Source of the DNA: Ginkgo biloba
Taxonomy: Eukaryota; Plantae; Ginkgophyta
DNA: 27,516 nt
Reading direction: 5' to 3'
NCBI GenBank assembly: GCA_024626585.2
Contig: JANKJI020000002.1
Coordinates: 262,008,082-262,035,597 of the forward strand
This document shows, piece after piece, positions 23,282-27,516 of the stretch. A program made the translations under genes and the position numbers. Position 1 is the first letter of the stretch. Every line of letters begins with the position of its first letter. The notes beneath the pieces were generated by a model. The model ran no database searches and was not told the origin of the DNA. It was given only the letters and a program-made list of their open reading frames with translations.

Positions 23282-23736
23282 CAATTATACCACTCCCTTT
23301 TCTCCCAAGAATGATGAAGAAAATGCACCTCCTAACACAGGTGATGATTAGGGTGAAGTTTAGGTTTGAAGGCCTCAAAAGGATCAATGCACAGACACTT
23401 CCTAGCCTAAGCAACGAAGTGGTGCTGCCTGATACCACATGGCTTGACATTGGCAACCTTATGACTTTGCTTATTTATTGCACATGGCCTCAAATACAAT
23501 TATGCTATTCTGTTCCAGTTGACAGTTTTGGAGGTTTTATTATGGCATTTAATGTGGCTTTACATAAATAGATGGGGGCACTTTATCCCTCAATATGCAG
23601 TTTANNNNNNNNNNNNNNNNNNNNNNNNNNNNNNNNNNNNNNNNNNNNNNNNNNNNNNNNNNNNNNNNNNNNNNNNNNNNNNNNNNNNNNNNNNNNNNNN
23701 NNNNGTAAAGGATTTATCTTGTTCATTAGTCAGCAG
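23282..23736 (+). repeat. Local direct duplication, copy 1 (contains a 100-N gap)
   Basis: 23282-23604 aligns without indels to 25014-25336 at roughly 90% identity by eye. gatttatcttgttcattagtcagcag recurs at 23711 and 25535. Confidence 0.92.
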
Positions 23737-24279
23737 TTCTTTCCAACCAATGTTACAGGTGTTCAACTGCGCATGGGTTACACCCTGTCCATGCCTAGAC
23801 AAATGTTTCTAGTCATGGGAATGCGGCCCCCTATTACTTGATGGAGCTCAACTAAAAAGATCTTCAGGATTGTATTTCAATTTTCTGGTACAACTTTCAA
23901 AAATTTTATGGTCTTTCACATCTGCATATGTACATTTGTTGCAAAACACGTTCCACACAGACCTAAAACATAGATTTTCGATGCCGATGCTGGAATAGAA
24001 GCAAAACTGAAGTTCCACACAGACCAAAAAGAAACATGCTTTACGGTTTGATGACTAATTGCCAAGGTAGAAGGAGAAGTTTATTGGCCCCACATTTAGG
24101 AGCTATTGGGTTAATGTTACAGAAATAAACAGAAATTTAGCAGTCCTGGTGTGACATATCTTACAGCCAGCATTTATCTAACCGATCATCCCTGCATGAA
24201 GACAGTGTGGTTCAACCCATGGGAGCAGTTGGCATCCCTTGGCCAATAAGATAAAGCTAAGGTTTATTGCTTTTTTCAA

Positions 24280-25015
24280 CAACAATCCCTCTGAAAATGC
24301 AGCCAATTCATGAAATCGTGAAAGTGGTTCACATTCCTGAACAATCTTGCGGATAAACTTGACGAAGAGTGCGGCAATTTCAACACAATCAAGGTTCCTC
24401 ATGATTCTGATAAAAATTTGATGGGGTATTTCTAGTTGTCATAGCAAAGAACATGTTCTATTATTCCTCCACATCATGCAACACAGCATGCTTATTGGGT
24501 GCATATCCAAATGCCTTCATCTGCTTTGCAAGTCCCTCCAATCTCACATAAATCTCCTCTGTTTGTGGGTGTGATCTGTCTTCTGCAACAAACACATGCA
24601 CCATGTTGTTGACCTCGATCCAACTGCATCCTGGCTTTTTTCTCACTCCTCTGTCTTTCATCATTCTTCTCACCCTTGCTACATCATCCCGCCTGCTAGC
24701 TTCAGCAAAGATGTTTGACAACAGAACATACAGTCCAGCACTTTGTGGTTCCATCTCAAAAAGCCATTCTGCCACATGTTTTCCTATCTCTATATTGCGG
24801 TGAATTCTGCATGCACTAAGCAAGGCCCCCCAAACAGTAGCATCAGGTTCAAATGGCATACTGTTGATAAAGTCCTCTGCCTCCTCCAGGTGACCAGCAC
24901 AGCCAAACAGATCAACCATGCAGGCATAGTGATCCGATCTAGGTAAAATGCAATGATCACTGTTCATAGAATGAAAGTAGTGACATCCTTCCTCTACTAG
25001 GCCTGCATGGCAACA
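24280..25015 (-). pseudogene. 5'-truncated PLS-class PPR (last PPR motifs, E1/E2/E+, broken DYW domain)
   Basis: CCHAGLVEEGCHYFHSM...HYACMVDLFGCAGHLEEAEDFINSMPFEPDATVWGALLSACRIH...YVLLSNIFA...KKPGCSWIEV...DRSHPQTEEIY...VLHDVEE then stop at 24461. Frameshifted DYW traces follow (EHVLCY, IRIMRNL, KFIRKIV, RFH). No N-terminal repeats or targeting peptide. Confidence 0.93.
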
Positions 25016-25560
25016 ATTATGCCACTCCCTCTTCTCCCAATAATGATGAATAAAATGCCCTTCCTAACACAGGTGGTTGTTAGGGTGAAGTTTAGGTTCC
25101 AAGGCCTCGAAAGGATCAAGGCACGGACACTTCTTAGCCTAAGCAAGGAAGTGCTACTGCCTGATACCACATGGCTTGATGTTGGCAACCCAATGACTTT
25201 GCTTATTTATTGCACATGGCCTCAAATGCAATTATGCTATTCTGTTCCAGTTGAAAATTCTCGAGGTTTTATTATGGCATATAATGTGGCTTTACATAAA
25301 TAGATGGGGGCACTTTATCCCTCAATATGCAGTTTAATTGCACTATGACATACATATATGATCAGCAAGCTTTTATGCCACCCACTTTTTTTCTTAAAAG
25401 TATTTTTACTACTAAAGTAACCATATTTTTCCAACTACAAAATAGAAATTAATGAATAAGGACAGTCATCAAATGATGAAACCTTTTTTAATAAGGATAA
25501 TATGATTTCCTATCTAATAGCATTAGCAAGATGAGATTTATCTTGTTCATTAGTCAGCAG
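25014..25560 (+). repeat. Local direct duplication, copy 2 (right end runs into a gap)
   Basis: See copy 1. It begins exactly where the PPR homology ends. Confidence 0.92.
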
Positions 25561-26344
25561 NNNNNNNNNNNNNNNNNNNNNNNNNNNNNNNNNNNNNNNN
25601 NNNNNNNNNNNNNNNNNNNNNNNNNNNNNNNNNNNNNNNNNNNNNNNNNNNNNNNNNNNNATCTATCTATCTTACAAGTGTTGAAATCATTAAATTTTTA
25701 TCCATTTTAACTATAGATTGAAAAGAAAAAAATAATAATAGTTTAAAATAATTTAAAAAATTATAGATTGGCATAACATTTCATACATAATAATTTTTTT
25801 ATTAATAAGGATTACAACTGAATGAAAAGTATAAATTGCATGAATATATGTGCAAGTGAATGGTGGTTGGACATATAGGAGAACACAAAATGAGTATCTC
25901 CTAACTTCAAATGGCTCAAGCACAATATTAATAGTATTGTGTATGTACACCATTTTATCGTATATAAATTAGATAATTAAAGAGAAAATTTTTATGTTAT
26001 TGCTTAATATATATACTCGTTAAGTCAAGTTAGATGACAATTATCCCTTTTTTTTATCTTTTGCATTACTCTAAACTTGACATCTTAAGCAATATAAAAA
26101 TATATAACTAAGTAAAATGATAAGAATCATAGTAATATTAGATTGACATGAAAATTAGTTAAAATAATAAAATTATTTTTATTACATTTTGAATAGAGTA
26201 AATGTTCTCAGACAATAATATGTATAATCATGATGCCGTGTTGATCTATTTTAAGAATAATTAGTCCTTTACCCGTGGGAAATAATTTTTGCATTTTAGA
26301 TGGCTCCTTATTACNNNNNNNNNNNNNNNNNNNNNNNNNNNNNN

Positions 26345-27300
26345 TTATCTTTGTCTACTGATTTTATCTCATCTTTTGTCTCGTTCCTTATCTCTTATCT
26401 CCCATCTCGTTCTTGTCTTATCCCCTACCTCATGTTCGTATTTTATATCATTCTAGTCTCTTTTTCATGTTCCCATGCCATTTTGTTTGTCTCTCACCTC
26501 TATTTTTATCTCTCATCTTTTGTCTAACCTTCATTATGTATATTTGCCTCTATTATCTATTTTTGTACAATCTCTCATCTCATTTTTATTTTTTGTCTAT
26601 TTCTGTTATTTTTTATTATTCTTTTCCCATCCCCTACCTCTCATCTTTTTCTTATCTTGTATTTTTTACTCTTCCCATCTCTCACCTCTTCTCTTGTTCT
26701 TCTCCCATCTCTTGTCAAGTTCCTATTACTATTTATTATTTAATACCATTAATTTTTAGTTGAGTTAAAGGTGGATCTTCATCTCCTATTAAATCTCCAC
26801 TCTATGTTTCCATCTTTGTTCTTTATTTCCATCCCATTCTTGTCTTGTAAGTTTTATTTATTTATTTAGTTCCACTTATGACCAATATTTTTCACATTTC
26901 AAATCTTCTTGATTGTATTTTAATGTATTAAATATTAATATAAATATATCCACCATTTCTATCTCATATTTTAACTCGTTCCTTGTCTCTTATCTCCCAT
27001 CTCATTCCTTTCATACCCCCCACCTCCCATCTGTATTCTATCTCATTCTTTTCTATTGTTCATATTCTCATACTGTTTTATTCGTGTCTCCCACCTCTAT
27101 TTTTATTTCTCATCTTGTTCCTATCTCCTACCTCACCTCCATTATGTATGTTCATCTCTCTTCTCCTCTCATCCTATTCCTATTTTTTTATCTATTCCTA
27201 TCATTATTTATTATTCTTACCCCATCCCCCACCTCTATTTGTTATTTAGTATTCTATCTCATTATTTATTATTTTTTAATCTATTCCTATCATTATCAAT
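26345..27300 (+). repeat. Pyrimidine-rich, G-poor low-complexity repeat with an internal diverged duplication about 595 bp apart
   Basis: ctcgttcctt.tctcttatctcccatctc occurs at ~26380 and ~26975, each followed by cacctctatttttat.tctcatctt and cattatgtat. Recurrent tctcatc/cccacct motifs. Confidence 0.8.
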
Positions 27301-27516
27301 AATGCAACATGAGAATAAAACCAATGTTGCATCCCAACCTTTGATGCTCCTTCAAATAATAGAACTTTTGTTGTGTCCCTATAGGAGTTGACTACTCACA
27401 TTCACCATAAAATCATATAATTCCATGAAATATAATAATGTGCATATGAATAATTCACCATATAACGATAAAGCCACATCTCAAAAGCCTAAGATATTAT
27501 AATATAATACTTATAA

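Noticed and set aside
23158-25303. Paralogous plus-strand ORFs (137 aa and 98 aa) open in both duplicate copies
   Set aside because: Many differences are non-synonymous, the starts differ and no family is recognisable. Staying open at ~10% divergence is plausible by chance.
26300-27391. Hydrophobic ORFs that look like membrane proteins
   Set aside because: Translations of CT-rich low-complexity DNA in multiple overlapping frames.

Overview
Eukaryotic plant nuclear DNA from a gappy draft scaffold with many N runs; probably a gymnosperm, inferred from the very long TE-filled introns and the PPR 'CCHAGL' motif. The window holds the 5' part of a minus-strand 6-phosphofructo-2-kinase/fructose-2,6-bisphosphatase gene (F2KP/FKFBP). 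Four exons with canonical splice sites are visible: 18759-18822, 17806-18091 (runs into a gap), 4379-4594 and 3857-3952. Exon 1, one linker exon and the catalytic exons are in gaps or outside the window. The introns are packed with decayed LTR retrotransposons: Copia integrase and gag, Gypsy gag, and several copies of one LTR family, two with degenerate tRNA-Met primer-binding sites. One young CpG-rich solo LTR (10349-11636, 5-bp TSD AAAAG) carries an array of CCGAC-N3-GTCGG palindromes upstream of a TATA box and points in the host gene's direction. Upstream of the visible exons, a 5'-truncated PLS-DYW PPR pseudogene lies between two copies of a ~0.5 kb direct duplication, followed by a pyrimidine-rich repeat. 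I see no prokaryotic system, CRISPR array or RNA gene. The best candidates for something new are the DRE/CRT-like palindrome array in the intronic solo LTR and the PPR capture/duplication structure.
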